A stretch of DNA of 64,000 nucleotides, taken from assembly GCA_016208485.1 (NCBI GenBank), contig JACQXY010000049.1:2800-66799 (forward strand). Direction: 5' to 3'. The position numbers were made by a program, and so were the translations under genes. The notes beneath the pieces were generated by a model. The model did not search any database and had not been told where the DNA came from. It worked only from the letters and a program-made list of their open reading frames with translations. Of this stretch, positions 8,575-18,100 are shown in pieces. The stretch's first letter is position 1. Every line of letters starts with the position of its first letter. Source of the DNA: Acidobacteriota bacterium (lineage in GTDB: Bacteria; Actinomycetota; AC-67).

Positions 8575-11037
8575 TCATGAGCACTGGAAGTCGAGAGCGA
8601 ACTGGTAGGCGAGCGTGGCAACCAACTGATACGTCTCCGGCGTCGGGTCGATCCGGAACTCCGTGCCGGTCGTGATCTGAACTCGCCGGGCAATGCCCAG
8701 GTCTGCGGTGGGGTCGGGAACCTCAGTGAGTTCCTCGAGTTGCCATCCATTCGCGGTCGCCGAGGCGCTCGGGGTCGTGCGTCCGAGCGCGTCTACCCGG
8801 CCGGCGCGGTCCCGCACGTAGTACCCGTCCCCCTGTCGCAGCACCACCAGGCCCGAGTTGGCCGTCGAGACCTGAAATGCGGCTTCGGTGGGACCTGCGT
8901 CCTCTGAGTTCCCACTCACGGCGCCGAGAAGAACATCGAGCTTGGTGTGGGTGTCGCGCCCGTCCGGGGGCTTGAGGCTCCAGGTTCCCCCCAAGATCGC
9001 GTCGAGTGAGCCATCCAGCGCGGCCGAGCCGGCGACGAGCCTGAATGTCCTCCCGGTAAGACTCCCCCCCTGGCCGTTCCCTTGGCCGTTCGGGCAGGAC
9101 ATGACGCCGTCGTCGGCATGGTTCTGCTGCCAGAGCGGGGAACCGCCCGGCTCGTCGTACACCCAGGCGTTGAGCCGGCCGGACCAAGCCACCTCCGTCG
9201 GCCCGGCCAGTGGAGGAAGCCCCGTGCACAGGTTGCGCTCCTCGACAGCAAGGGTCACGGTCGGGCACGTGACGGCCAACCCGGTCGCCCATGAGTCCCA
9301 CCACACACAACCGCCGGATGGGGGACTTGGCGTGCACTCCTGTCTCACGATCCCTTCGTCGGATCGATCAGGTGCAGTCACGACGCCCATGTACGCGGGG
9401 GCCCACTTACCCTTGCGGACCTGCGCCGACCCATCTACCTCGCACTCGACCCTGTTGGCCGACCCGCCGCGTACCCCTGAGAAGCAGACACCGATGGTTC
9501 CCGCCACGGGGACCCGACCGGTGAGCCCGTTCCCAAGGAACGCCCCCACAGAGACAGAAGGTCCTAGAGGTACGGTCTTGGCGACCAGCGTGGCAGTCGA
9601 GCCCCGGGTGCCGTACCCGAGAGGGACATCCACCGCGATGTCGGCGAGCGCCATCTCTGCGGTCGGAATGCGGGCCGTCAAGGGATGGGCCGAGGGCGAC
9701 AGAGTCACCCCGTCGTGAACAGCGCTCGCTGCCGGAACCTGCGTCAACACGCCGGTCGCGAGGCCGGTCTCGTTCTGAAACCGCACCTCGACTTCCCCCA
9801 GCGCGAAAGGCCTCTCAAGCTTCCCGTAGCCCACCCACGTGGAAGCGTCGAGTTCCTCCTCGAACCCTGAGACCTGCACACGCGGGGAGTGGAAAGTGAT
9901 CTGGGAGGGGGGAATCACCGAGCCATCGGGGTTCACCTCCACGGTTTCTTCCAAGAGGGCCGCAGTGGCAGGAGAGGCAGTGAGCGTGACCAAGGTGAAG
10001 AGGAACGAGTCCTGGGCGAGGTTCCCGGCGAGGTCGCGCGCGGAAAGTTCCACGAGGTGGATCCCGGGGGGGATACCTGAACCGGCGACGCTGACGGTGG
10101 CCCCAGATACGCTCGCCTGCGCCGGTGTTCCATCGATAGCAAGGGAAAGGCTTGCGGGATCGACGCCGGAGGTCGCGTCCGCCCAGGTGGCAGAGATGCT
10201 TGCAAGCTCGAGCACGTCGGCAAAGCGCGCCGGGGAGGTGGACGTGACCTCTGGGGGTAGGCTGTCCGCGGCGTAGGCGTCCGCCTTCTGCTGGCTAAGC
10301 CGCAGCCCCTCGGGAAGATCGCAGTCAGAGGGCGCGAGGGCATCGAGTGCGCAAGCGCGAACGGAGTAGAGACCGTCCGGGGAGCCTTGGGCAACGCCGA
10401 AGGATCCTATCCAGCGCCGCCACCCGTTGGGAGAACCGAACTCCGAGTCGAAGGAAAGTTCGATTGCGTCGCCGGAGGGAAGCTCGGCCACGACCTTCGT
10501 CCCCTCTCTTGGCGCCGTTGAGACCGTCTCCACCTGGATGGTCGCCGGCGCGGAGGGATTGAAGGCGTCGGGGTCAAGGCGCAACCCGAGCAGGTGGGGC
10601 AGCCGGAAGTCCTGGGGCAGGGCCTGGGCGACGAGGGGATTGTCGATCTGCACGGAGCGCCAGAGGAAGAGGGCATGGTCCGCGGTGAGCTTCACGGGGC
10701 CGTCCCCTGCGACCCTGATCCGGTAGCGGCCCCCCGAGTCGGTCTCGACCAGGCCGTAGGTCCAGTAGACGACGGCACCCGCGATCGGGTTGCCACGCAC
10801 ATCTGAGACGGTGCCGGAGATGTCGACCTTCACCAGCACGCTTGCGGGGATGCAATCGGTCCCGCAGCTCGCCGCGGGGCGCGGGGGCGGCGCGGGATCC
10901 GGAGCACATAGCACGCCGCAGACCGGGGCTTGCATCGCGCGGCCGGGGACGGCTGGAAGCATCAAGGAGGCGACCAGGGAGACAACGAGGAACCGGACTG
11001 CCAGCGCGAACGAGCGAGGTCGCGACACATCTCCCAC
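8575..11037 (-). CDS. Large secreted protein (820 aa) with a CarboxypepD_reg-like domain; function unknown. First gene of the operon
   Basis: The start GTG at 11037 follows AGGAGG. The hydrophobic N-terminus is RSFALAVRFLVVSLVASLMLPAVPGRA. A CarboxypepD_reg-like segment is DISGTVSDVRGNPIAGAVVYWTYGLVETDSGGRYRI. The protein is cysteine-containing with a Gly/Ser/Thr-rich body. Confidence 0.7.
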   Translation of the reverse strand: MGDVSRPRSFALAVRFLVVSLVASLMLPAVPGRAMQAPVCGVLCAPDPAPPPRPAASCGTDCIPASVLVKVDISGTVSDVRGNPIAGAVVYWTYGLVETDSGGRYRIRVAGDGPVKLTADHALFLWRSVQIDNPLVAQALPQDFRLPHLLGLRLDPDAFNPSAPATIQVETVSTAPREGTKVVAELPSGDAIELSFDSEFGSPNGWRRWIGSFGVAQGSPDGLYSVRACALDALAPSDCDLPEGLRLSQQKADAYAADSLPPEVTSTSPARFADVLELASISATWADATSGVDPASLSLAIDGTPAQASVSGATVSVAGSGIPPGIHLVELSARDLAGNLAQDSFLFTLVTLTASPATAALLEETVEVNPDGSVIPPSQITFHSPRVQVSGFEEELDASTWVGYGKLERPFALGEVEVRFQNETGLATGVLTQVPAASAVHDGVTLSPSAHPLTARIPTAEMALADIAVDVPLGYGTRGSTATLVAKTVPLGPSVSVGAFLGNGLTGRVPVAGTIGVCFSGVRGGSANRVECEVDGSAQVRKGKWAPAYMGVVTAPDRSDEGIVRQECTPSPPSGGCVWWDSWATGLAVTCPTVTLAVEERNLCTGLPPLAGPTEVAWSGRLNAWVYDEPGGSPLWQQNHADDGVMSCPNGQGNGQGGSLTGRTFRLVAGSAALDGSLDAILGGTWSLKPPDGRDTHTKLDVLLGAVSGNSEDAGPTEAAFQVSTANSGLVVLRQGDGYYVRDRAGRVDALGRTTPSASATANGWQLEELTEVPDPTADLGIARRVQITTGTEFRIDPTPETYQLVATLAYQFALDFQCS

Positions 11038-11106
11038 CGCTGCCGCCTCCTGGGATTCGCAGTACTATGCCCGGGCTAGAGTAAATGCCGCGTATCGAAG
11101 AGTTGC

Positions 11107-11141
11107 GCCATGCATTGTAGCTGCCCCGGAAGGGCCGGCAA
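11107..11141 (-). promoter_or_regulatory. Candidate sigma-A-type promoter of the secreted-protein operon
   Basis: The minus strand reads TTGCCG, then a 16-nt spacer, then TACAAT (plus-strand attgta at 11114-11119 and cggcaa at 11136-11141). The intergenic segment is locally lower in GC. The 5' UTR to the GTG at 11037 would be about 70 nt. Confidence 0.4.
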
Positions 11142-11196
11142 CGCGCGCAGCGTGCTCTTCTTGTTCTTCTCGTTCCTCGAGCTGCCTCGTTCCGCG

Positions 11197-11390
11197 CGCT
11201 ACGGCCTGGCGTGGCGCGCCGGCGGGCGCCGCCCGCGCGCCCCGGACACCCGCGCGCCCGGGGCGGGGCCGAGCGCGGAGCGCGGGGCGGGACCGAGCGC
11301 GGAGCGCGGTCCGAGACGCCGGCCGAGGAAATCCAGCACCGCGCGATTGACGAGCTTCGGGTGCTCGATCAGCGCGCCGTGGGTTCCCCC
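11197..11390. repeat. Copy C of the ~190-bp repeat, forming the 3' end and tail of the hydrolase gene
   Basis: Aligned by eye with 2316-2515 and 3497-3690. It differs from them in the copy number of the internal tandem unit. Confidence 0.8.
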
Positions 11391-12236
11391 GGGGATCAGC
11401 GCCAGCTCGGCGTCGGGGATCCGCGCCGCCATGACCCGCCCGAGCCAGGAGGGCGTGAACCGGTCGCGCTCCCCGACCACCACGAGAGTCGGGGCGGCGA
11501 TCTCGCGCAGCAGGTCCTCGGCGGAGTGGCGGTGCATCGCCTCGGCCATCTTCATCATCACCAGCGGATCGAGCGAGCCGAGGTGCCGGTAGTAGAGCCG
11601 CATGTCGGCGTACCGGGCGGCCGGGCCGAGCGCCCCGGCGGCCTGGGCCACCCGGTGCGGAAGCGGCGAGGCGAACAGGGCCCGCCAGGCGAGGAGCGTC
11701 GGGCGCGGGAACGTCTGGATCGCCAGGCGCGCGGCCGGGAACAGCCGCTCCATCCACCGGGAGTCGTAGAAGGTCGCGACCGGGCTCGCGTACGGCCCGG
11801 TCACCGCCACGATCGCCCGCACGCGCTCGCGGAGCAGCCGGTAGGTCTCCAGGCACACCTGGACCCCCATCGAGTGGCCGAGCACGGAGATCTCCCGGAT
11901 GCCCTCGCGATCGAGGATCCCGGCAAGATCGGCGGCGTTCCGCTCGATCGCGAAGTCCTCCGCGCGCAGGCGCATCGCGCGCCACCCGGGGCTCCGCGGG
12001 AGCCCCGACACCCCGGTGCCGCGGTAGTTCCAGACGAGCACGCGGTAGCGGCGCGCGAGCGCCGGCGCCAGGTATCGCCAGAAGTTGTCCGGACAGCAGT
12101 AGCCGGCGCAGAGCGCGACCACGTGCGGCCCGGCCCCGCGGATCGTGTAGGCGACGTGCGTGCCGTCGCTGGCGACGAGGCAGCGTTCCTTCGGGAAGAG
12201 GGTCCCACCGTCCCCGCGGACCCGAAGGTATGCCAC
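11199..12236 (-). CDS. Alpha/beta-hydrolase fold protein
   Basis: 345-aa ORF with the nucleophile elbow GHSMG and a C-terminal ...GGTHGALIEHPKLVNRAVLDFLG typical of the family. An unusual extra 40-aa Pro/Arg/Gly tail (RRLGPRSALGPAPRSALGPAPGARVSG...) is encoded by the repeat element. Confidence 0.75.
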   Translation of the reverse strand: MAYLRVRGDGGTLFPKERCLVASDGTHVAYTIRGAGPHVVALCAGYCCPDNFWRYLAPALARRYRVLVWNYRGTGVSGLPRSPGWRAMRLRAEDFAIERNAADLAGILDREGIREISVLGHSMGVQVCLETYRLLRERVRAIVAVTGPYASPVATFYDSRWMERLFPAARLAIQTFPRPTLLAWRALFASPLPHRVAQAAGALGPAARYADMRLYYRHLGSLDPLVMMKMAEAMHRHSAEDLLREIAAPTLVVVGERDRFTPSWLGRVMAARIPDAELALIPGGTHGALIEHPKLVNRAVLDFLGRRLGPRSALGPAPRSALGPAPGARVSGARGRRPPARHARP

Positions 12237-12252
12237 CGCCCAGGTCCCCCGG

Positions 12253-13449
12253 CTACTCCGCCGCGAGCGCCCGGGAGATCACCAGCCGCTGGATCTCGCT
12301 CGTGCCCTCGAAGATGCAGAAGATCTTGGCGTCCCGGTGCCACTTCTCCACCGGGAAATCCTTGATATAGCCGTACCCGCCGAGGATCTGAATCGCCTCG
12401 TCGGTCACGCGCACCGCGACCTCGCCGCCCTTGAGCTTGGACATCGAGCCCTCGGCGTGCGGGAAGGGCTGGCCGTTGCGGGCCATCCAGGACGCGCGCC
12501 ACACGAGGAGCCTCGCCGCGTCGGTCTCGAGCGCCATGTCGGCGAGCTTGAACGCGATCGCCTGGTGCTCGATGATCGGGCGCCCGAAGGTCTGCCGCTC
12601 CTTCGCGTAGTCGCGCGCGAACTCCCAGGCCGCGCGCGCGATCCCCACCGCCTGCGCGCCGACCATCGGACGGGTCGCCTCGAAGGTCGCAAGCGCCCCC
12701 GACGTCTTCCCGGTCTTCTGCCCGCTGCGCGCGCGCTCGATCTTCGCGGCGAGCTTCTCGTCACCCCCGAGGAGGTTCTCGGCGGGAATCCAGCAGTCCT
12801 CCATGACGATCTCTGAGGTGTGCGAGGCGCGGATCCCGAGCTTGCGCTCCTTCTTGCCTTCGCGGAAACCGGGCGTGTCCTTGCCGATCACGAACGTCGC
12901 CTGGCCGCGGTGGCCGAGCGCCGGGTCGACCGTCGCGACGACGACGTGCACGTCGGCGATCCCGCCGTTGGTGATGAACACCTTGGTCCCGTTCAAGAGC
13001 CACCCGTCGCGCTCGCGCTTCGCGGAGGTGCGGAGCTTGGACACGTCGCTTCCCGCGTCGGCCTCGGTGACGGCGAAAGCGCCGAGGCGCGGGTCCTCGG
13101 GAGTGCCGAACATCTTCGGCGCCCATTCCTTGAGCTGCTCGGGCGTCCCGTTGCCGGCGAGGGCGGCGAGCGGCAGGCCGGTCCCGAAGATGCCGAGCCC
13201 GATGCCGGTGCAGCCCCAGGCGACCTCCTCGAGCGCCAGCGCCGACATCAGCCCGCTCTCGTCCTGGCCCGCCTGGAGGTAGAAGTCCATCGAGTACAGA
13301 CCGATCTCGGCGGCCTTCTTCACGACCGGCCAGGGGAACTCCTCGGTCTCGTCGTACTGGGGCGCGACCGGGCGGATCTCGCGCTCGGCGAACTCATGCA
13401 CCCACTTGCGGAACTCCTGCTGCTCTTCGGTCAGCGCGAAGTTGACCAT
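12253..13449 (-). CDS. Acyl-CoA dehydrogenase
   Basis: The start ATG at 13449 follows AGGAGG. The translation MVNFALTEEQQEFRKWVHEFAEREI..., ...AFAVTEADAGSD..., ...GGYGYIKDFPVEKWHRDAKIF.EGTSEIQ is canonical acyl-CoA dehydrogenase throughout. Confidence 0.9.
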   Translation of the reverse strand: MVNFALTEEQQEFRKWVHEFAEREIRPVAPQYDETEEFPWPVVKKAAEIGLYSMDFYLQAGQDESGLMSALALEEVAWGCTGIGLGIFGTGLPLAALAGNGTPEQLKEWAPKMFGTPEDPRLGAFAVTEADAGSDVSKLRTSAKRERDGWLLNGTKVFITNGGIADVHVVVATVDPALGHRGQATFVIGKDTPGFREGKKERKLGIRASHTSEIVMEDCWIPAENLLGGDEKLAAKIERARSGQKTGKTSGALATFEATRPMVGAQAVGIARAAWEFARDYAKERQTFGRPIIEHQAIAFKLADMALETDAARLLVWRASWMARNGQPFPHAEGSMSKLKGGEVAVRVTDEAIQILGGYGYIKDFPVEKWHRDAKIFCIFEGTSEIQRLVISRALAAE

Positions 13450-13528
13450 CTCGCCCTCCTGGCACGGCCCTGCGCCGCCCCCTGCCCTGAACCGCCGAGG
13501 CTCTGGACAACCGGGCGGAGCGCCTAAC

Positions 13529-13561
13529 GTTACTTGACAGTAACTTACCAATGGGTAATAT
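13529..13561 (+). promoter_or_regulatory. 16-bp perfect palindrome (probable TetR operator) overlapping a near-consensus promoter in the TetR / acyl-CoA dehydrogenase divergent region
   Basis: GTTACT-TGAC-AGTAAC at 13529-13544. TTGACA at 13534-13539, then 16 nt, then TAATAT at 13556-13561. The segment is locally AT-rich and its GC3 is non-coding. Confidence 0.4.
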
Positions 13562-13563
13562 AC

Positions 13564-14244
13564 GTGTCCGAGGAGCCGGAGTCAAGGGAGCGAGCCGGTG
13601 GCCGCAAGGCGCCCGGCTCCACGGAGGGGGGATCGAGTCTGGCCGCGCGCCGCCTGAGCGCGGAGGCACGCCGCGCGCAGCTCCTCTCTGTGGCGCGCGA
13701 CGTCTTCGCCGCCGACGGCTACCACGGCGCCGCGATGGAGCAGATCGCCGGGCGCGCGGGGGTCACCAAGCCGGTCCTCTACCAACACTTCGCCGGCAAG
13801 AAGGAGCTTTACCTCGCCCTGCTCCAGGAGGAGATGGGGCGGCTTCACGCCCACGTGTCGGCCGCGATCGAGAACGCCTCGGGCAACCGCGCGCGGATCC
13901 AGGGCGGCGTCGCGGCCTACTTCCGCTTCATCGAGGCGAACGAGGGATCCTTCCATCTCCTGTTCCGCGAGACGATGGGCGCCGACCCGGACTTCCGCGC
14001 GATGGTCGAGCGCTTCCGGGACGCGGTGTGCCTGGAGATCGCCGCGATCATCGGCGCGGAGACCGGGCTCCGGGGCGAGGAGGCCGAGCTGCTCGCGCGC
14101 GGGGCGATGGGGATGGCCGAGTCGGCGGCGCAGTGGTGGCTCGAGCGGCGCGAGGGCATCGTCCTCGACGAGGTCGTGAGGGACCTGAGCGAGCTCGCGT
14201 GGCGGGGACTCGCCGGCCTGCCGCGCGCCGGCGGCGAGACGTGA
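13564..14244 (+). CDS. TetR-family transcriptional regulator
   Basis: The HTH region is RRAQLLSVARDVFAADGYHGAAMEQIAGRAGVTKPVLYQHFAGKKELY. The track ORF begins at a TTG inside the palindrome, where GC3 is low. A GTG at 13564 is the first in-frame start with coding-like GC3. The start remains uncertain. Confidence 0.7.
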   Translation: MSEEPESRERAGGRKAPGSTEGGSSLAARRLSAEARRAQLLSVARDVFAADGYHGAAMEQIAGRAGVTKPVLYQHFAGKKELYLALLQEEMGRLHAHVSAAIENASGNRARIQGGVAAYFRFIEANEGSFHLLFRETMGADPDFRAMVERFRDAVCLEIAAIIGAETGLRGEEAELLARGAMGMAESAAQWWLERREGIVLDEVVRDLSELAWRGLAGLPRAGGET

Positions 14245-14296
14245 TATCACTCCGGGTGACCGCGGGAGCTACGGAGCACAGCCTGAAGGGGGACGG

Positions 14297-15070
14297 ATGA
14301 GCAAGCACGCGTACGAACGGCGGATCAGGCGCAAGCGAGAGGAGGAGCGCCGGCGCCGGCGGCGCCATCGGCGAACGCGGCTGCTGAAGGTCTGGGGATC
14401 GGTCGCAGGCGTCCTCGTTGCCGGCCTCCTCGTGTTCCTCTTCTGGCCGTCGGGCGGCGGGAAGCCCGCGGCGTCGAAGACCCCGACTCCGTCGCCGAGC
14501 GCCTCGTCCTCTCCGGCCGACTGCACGAAGTTCACTCCGGCGTTGCGGGGGAAGAAGACCTTCCCGAGCGCCCCCTGCCAGATCATCGACGACTCCAAGC
14601 TCTACGACGCGACGCTTGAGACCTCGATGGGGGCCGTCACGATCGAGATGGACCCACGTCTCGCGTCGAAGACCGTCAACAACTTCGTCTTCCTCGCGCG
14701 CGCCGGTTTCTACAACGGCTTGATCTTCCATCGGGTCATCAAGGACTTCATGATCCAGGGCGGTGATCCGGAGAGCACCGGAAGCGGCGGTCCCGGCTAC
14801 CAGTTCGAGGACGAGACCGCGGGCGGCCAGACGTTCGACAAGGTGGGACTCTTGGCGATGGCGAACTCGGGTCCGAACACCAACGGCTCCCAGTTCTTCA
14901 TCACCGTCAGCAAGCCGTCTCACTTGAACGGCAAGCACACGATCTTCGGCAAGGTCGTCAAGGGCTACGACGTCGTCGAGCGGATAAGCCGGACCCAGAC
15001 CGCGGCCGGCGACCGGCCGGTCAAAGACGTCCGTATCCGCACCGTGACGATCACCGAGCGCGCGCGCTGA
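14297..15070 (+). CDS. Cyclophilin-type peptidyl-prolyl cis-trans isomerase with an N-terminal membrane anchor
   Basis: The translation ...FHRVIKDFMIQGGDP...GLLAMANSGPNTNGSQFFIT...HTIFGKVVKGYDVVERI is canonical cyclophilin. The N-terminus has a basic stretch followed by a hydrophobic helix (GSVAGVLVAGLLVFLFW). Confidence 0.85.
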   Translation: MSKHAYERRIRRKREEERRRRRRHRRTRLLKVWGSVAGVLVAGLLVFLFWPSGGGKPAASKTPTPSPSASSSPADCTKFTPALRGKKTFPSAPCQIIDDSKLYDATLETSMGAVTIEMDPRLASKTVNNFVFLARAGFYNGLIFHRVIKDFMIQGGDPESTGSGGPGYQFEDETAGGQTFDKVGLLAMANSGPNTNGSQFFITVSKPSHLNGKHTIFGKVVKGYDVVERISRTQTAAGDRPVKDVRIRTVTITERAR

Positions 15071-15107
15071 CGGTCCGTCCGGCCGCCGGCGCGAGTCTCG
15101 CCCAGGT

Positions 15108-18100
15108 CTACTCTCCCCCTCCGGAGATCGCCGCGCGCCCGACCGAGAAGTACCGGGCCTCCGGGTGGTGCACGATGATCGCGCTCGTGGACTGCTCGGG
15201 CGCGAGCTGGAACTCCTCCGACAGCCTCACGCCGATCCGCTCGGGCTCGAGCAGCTCGAGGATCTTCTTCTGATCCTCGAGGCCGGGGCAGGCGGGATAG
15301 CCGAAGGAGTACCGGCAGCCGCGGTATCCCGCCTTGAGGATCCCCTCCACCGTCGCGGCGTCGAGTCCCGCGATGCCGAGCTCCTCGCGAACGCGCCGGT
15401 GCCACATCTCCGCGAGAGCCTCGGCCATCTCGACCGACAGCCCGTGCAGATACAGGTAGTCGGTGTATCGGTCGGCGCGGAACAGCTCCGCTGCGACCTC
15501 GCTCGCGCGCGGCCCCATGGTGACCACCTGGAGCGCCACGACGTCGCGCTCCCCGCTCTCCACCGGGCGGAAGAAGTCGGCGATGCAGAGGCGCCGCCCG
15601 CGCGACTGGCGCGGAAAGCCGAACCGAGCGCGCTCGCGGCCGTCGTCGTCATACACGATCAGGTCGTTGCCCTCTGACGCGCAGGCGAAGTAGCCATAGA
15701 CCACGGCCGGGGCGAGGATGCGCTCCTCCACCGAGCGCGCGAGCACGTCCCGCAACACCGGGTCCATCGTACGGGCCAGGGACGCCTCGAACTCCTCGGC
15801 CGACTGGCCCCGGCGCCGGCGCACCTGCCACCGGCCCTGGTAGAGGGAGACCCGATTGAGGTAGCGGGCGACCTCCTGGATCGACAGCCCCGCCGCGATC
15901 CGGCTCCCATGGAACGGGGCATGGGGGACCTGGACGTCGATCGCGACGTCCGACCGCCGCGCGCCGGCCGCCGCCGCCGGCCGCCGAGCCCGCCTCGGCC
16001 GCGGCGCCGCCTCCACGGGGGCAGCCGCCTCGCCCCGCTTCTCGGCCATGAGACCGTCCATGATCCGAAGGCCCTCGAAGGCGTCCCGGCCGTAGAAGAC
16101 CCTGCCCCGGTAGAGCGCGCGCAGATCGTTCTCGACGTACGCGCGCGTGAGGGCCGCCCCCCCGAGCAGAACGGGGTAGCCGTGCAACCCGCGCCGGTTC
16201 ATCTCCTCGAGATCTTCCCGCATCACGACCGTCGACTTCACCAGCAACCCGGACAGCCCGATCGCGTCGGCGCCTGCGCGCTCGGCCGCCTCCACGATCG
16301 CGCCGATCGGTTGCTTGATCCCGAGGTTCTCCACCGAGTAGCCGTTGTTCGTGAGGATGATGTCCACGAGGTTCTTCCCGATGTCGTGAACGTCGCCCTT
16401 CACGGTCGCGAGCACGATCCGGCCCTTCGACCCGTCGCCGGCGCGCTCCATGTGCGGCTCGAGGTGGGAAACCGCGACCTTCATCGTCTCGGCCGACTGC
16501 AGCACGAACGGGAGCTGCATCTCCCCTGAGGCGAACTGCTCGCCGACGAGCTTCATGCCGGGGAGCAGGAAGCGGTCGATGATCTCGAGCGCCGGGTGAT
16601 CGGCGAGCGCGTCGTCGAGGTCGGCCTCGAGCCCCTTCCGGGCGCCGTCCACGATCCGGCGCGTGAGGCGCTCGGCGAGCGGCAGCGCCGACAGCTCCTC
16701 CTCCCCCGCGCCGGTCCGGGTCCCCGACACCCCCTCGAACAGGACGATCAGCTCCGCGAGCGGGTCGTAGCCCTCCCGGCGGCGGTCGTAGACCAGGTCG
16801 AGCGCGACTGCGCGCGCGCGCTCCTCTATCCGGTGCGTCGGCAGGATCTGCCCCGGGTGCATGATGGCCATGCTGAGGCCGCGCGCGACGGCCTCGTGCA
16901 GGAACATCGAGTTCAGCGCCTGCCGGGCGGCCGGAGACAGCCCGAAGGAGACGTTGGAGACCCCGAGGCTCGTGAAAGAGTCGGGGAACTCCTCGCCGAG
17001 CGCCGCCACGGCGTCGAGCGTCTCGAGCGCCGCGCGCCTTCCTTCCTCCATCCCCGTCGAGATCGGCAGCACGAGCGGATCGAAGATCAGGTCGTGCGGC
17101 TCGAGCCCGTATTCGCCGGTCGCTACCTCGAACACCGCGCGGCAGGCGTCGAGCTTGCGCGCTCGTGTCGTCGCCTGGCCCCGTTCGTCGATCGCCATGG
17201 CGATCACGGCCGCGCCGAACCTGCGCGCGAGGCGCAGCGTCCGGTCGATCCGCGATCCGGGTCCCCGCCCCTCTTCCAGGTTGATCGAGTTGATCACCGG
17301 GCGCCCGCCGATCAGCTTCAGTCCGGCCTCGAGCACCGAGGGCTCGGTGGAATCGAGGAACAGCGGGAGCGTGACCTGGCTCCGCAGCTCCGATACGACC
17401 GCAGCCATGTCGGCGACCCCGTCCCGCCCGGTCATGTCCACCGAGATGTCCAGGCCGTGCGCGCCCTCGCGGACCTGCTCTTTGGCGACCTCGACCGCGT
17501 GATCCCAGTCGCCCGCCTCCACCAGACCGCGGAACCGCTTCGAGCCCTGCGCGTTGCACCGCTCGCCGACCACGAAGAAGGAGGTCTCCTGGCGCAGCGG
17601 CTGCGCGATGTAGAGCGAAGCGCACGCCGGCTCGAACTGGGGCGCGCGGTGCGGGCGCGGCCGGTCGCGCAGGGCCTCCGCGAGCCGCCGGATGTGCTCG
17701 GGGGTCGTCCCGCAGCACCCGCCGACGACGTTCGCGCCGAACTCCTCCACGAACAAGCGGTGGTGGGCCACGAACTCCTCCGGCGTGAGCGAGTAGACGG
17801 TCCGCCCGTCGCGCACTTCCGGGAGACCCGCGTTCGGGAGCACGCTCACGAACTTCCTCGAGTGCGCGCAGAGGTAGCGCACGTGCTCGGTCATCTCGAC
17901 CGGGCCGGTCGCGCAGTTCAGCCCCACGACCTTCACGATCCCGAAGGGTTCGATGGTCGCCAGCGCCGCCCCGATCTCCGAGCCGAGCAGCATCTGGCCG
18001 GTCGCCTCGACCGTCACCTGCACGATCACGGGGAGATGCGTGCGCGATTCCTCGAACGCCCCCGCGACCGCGGCGATCGCCGCCTTCACCTGGAGAAGGT

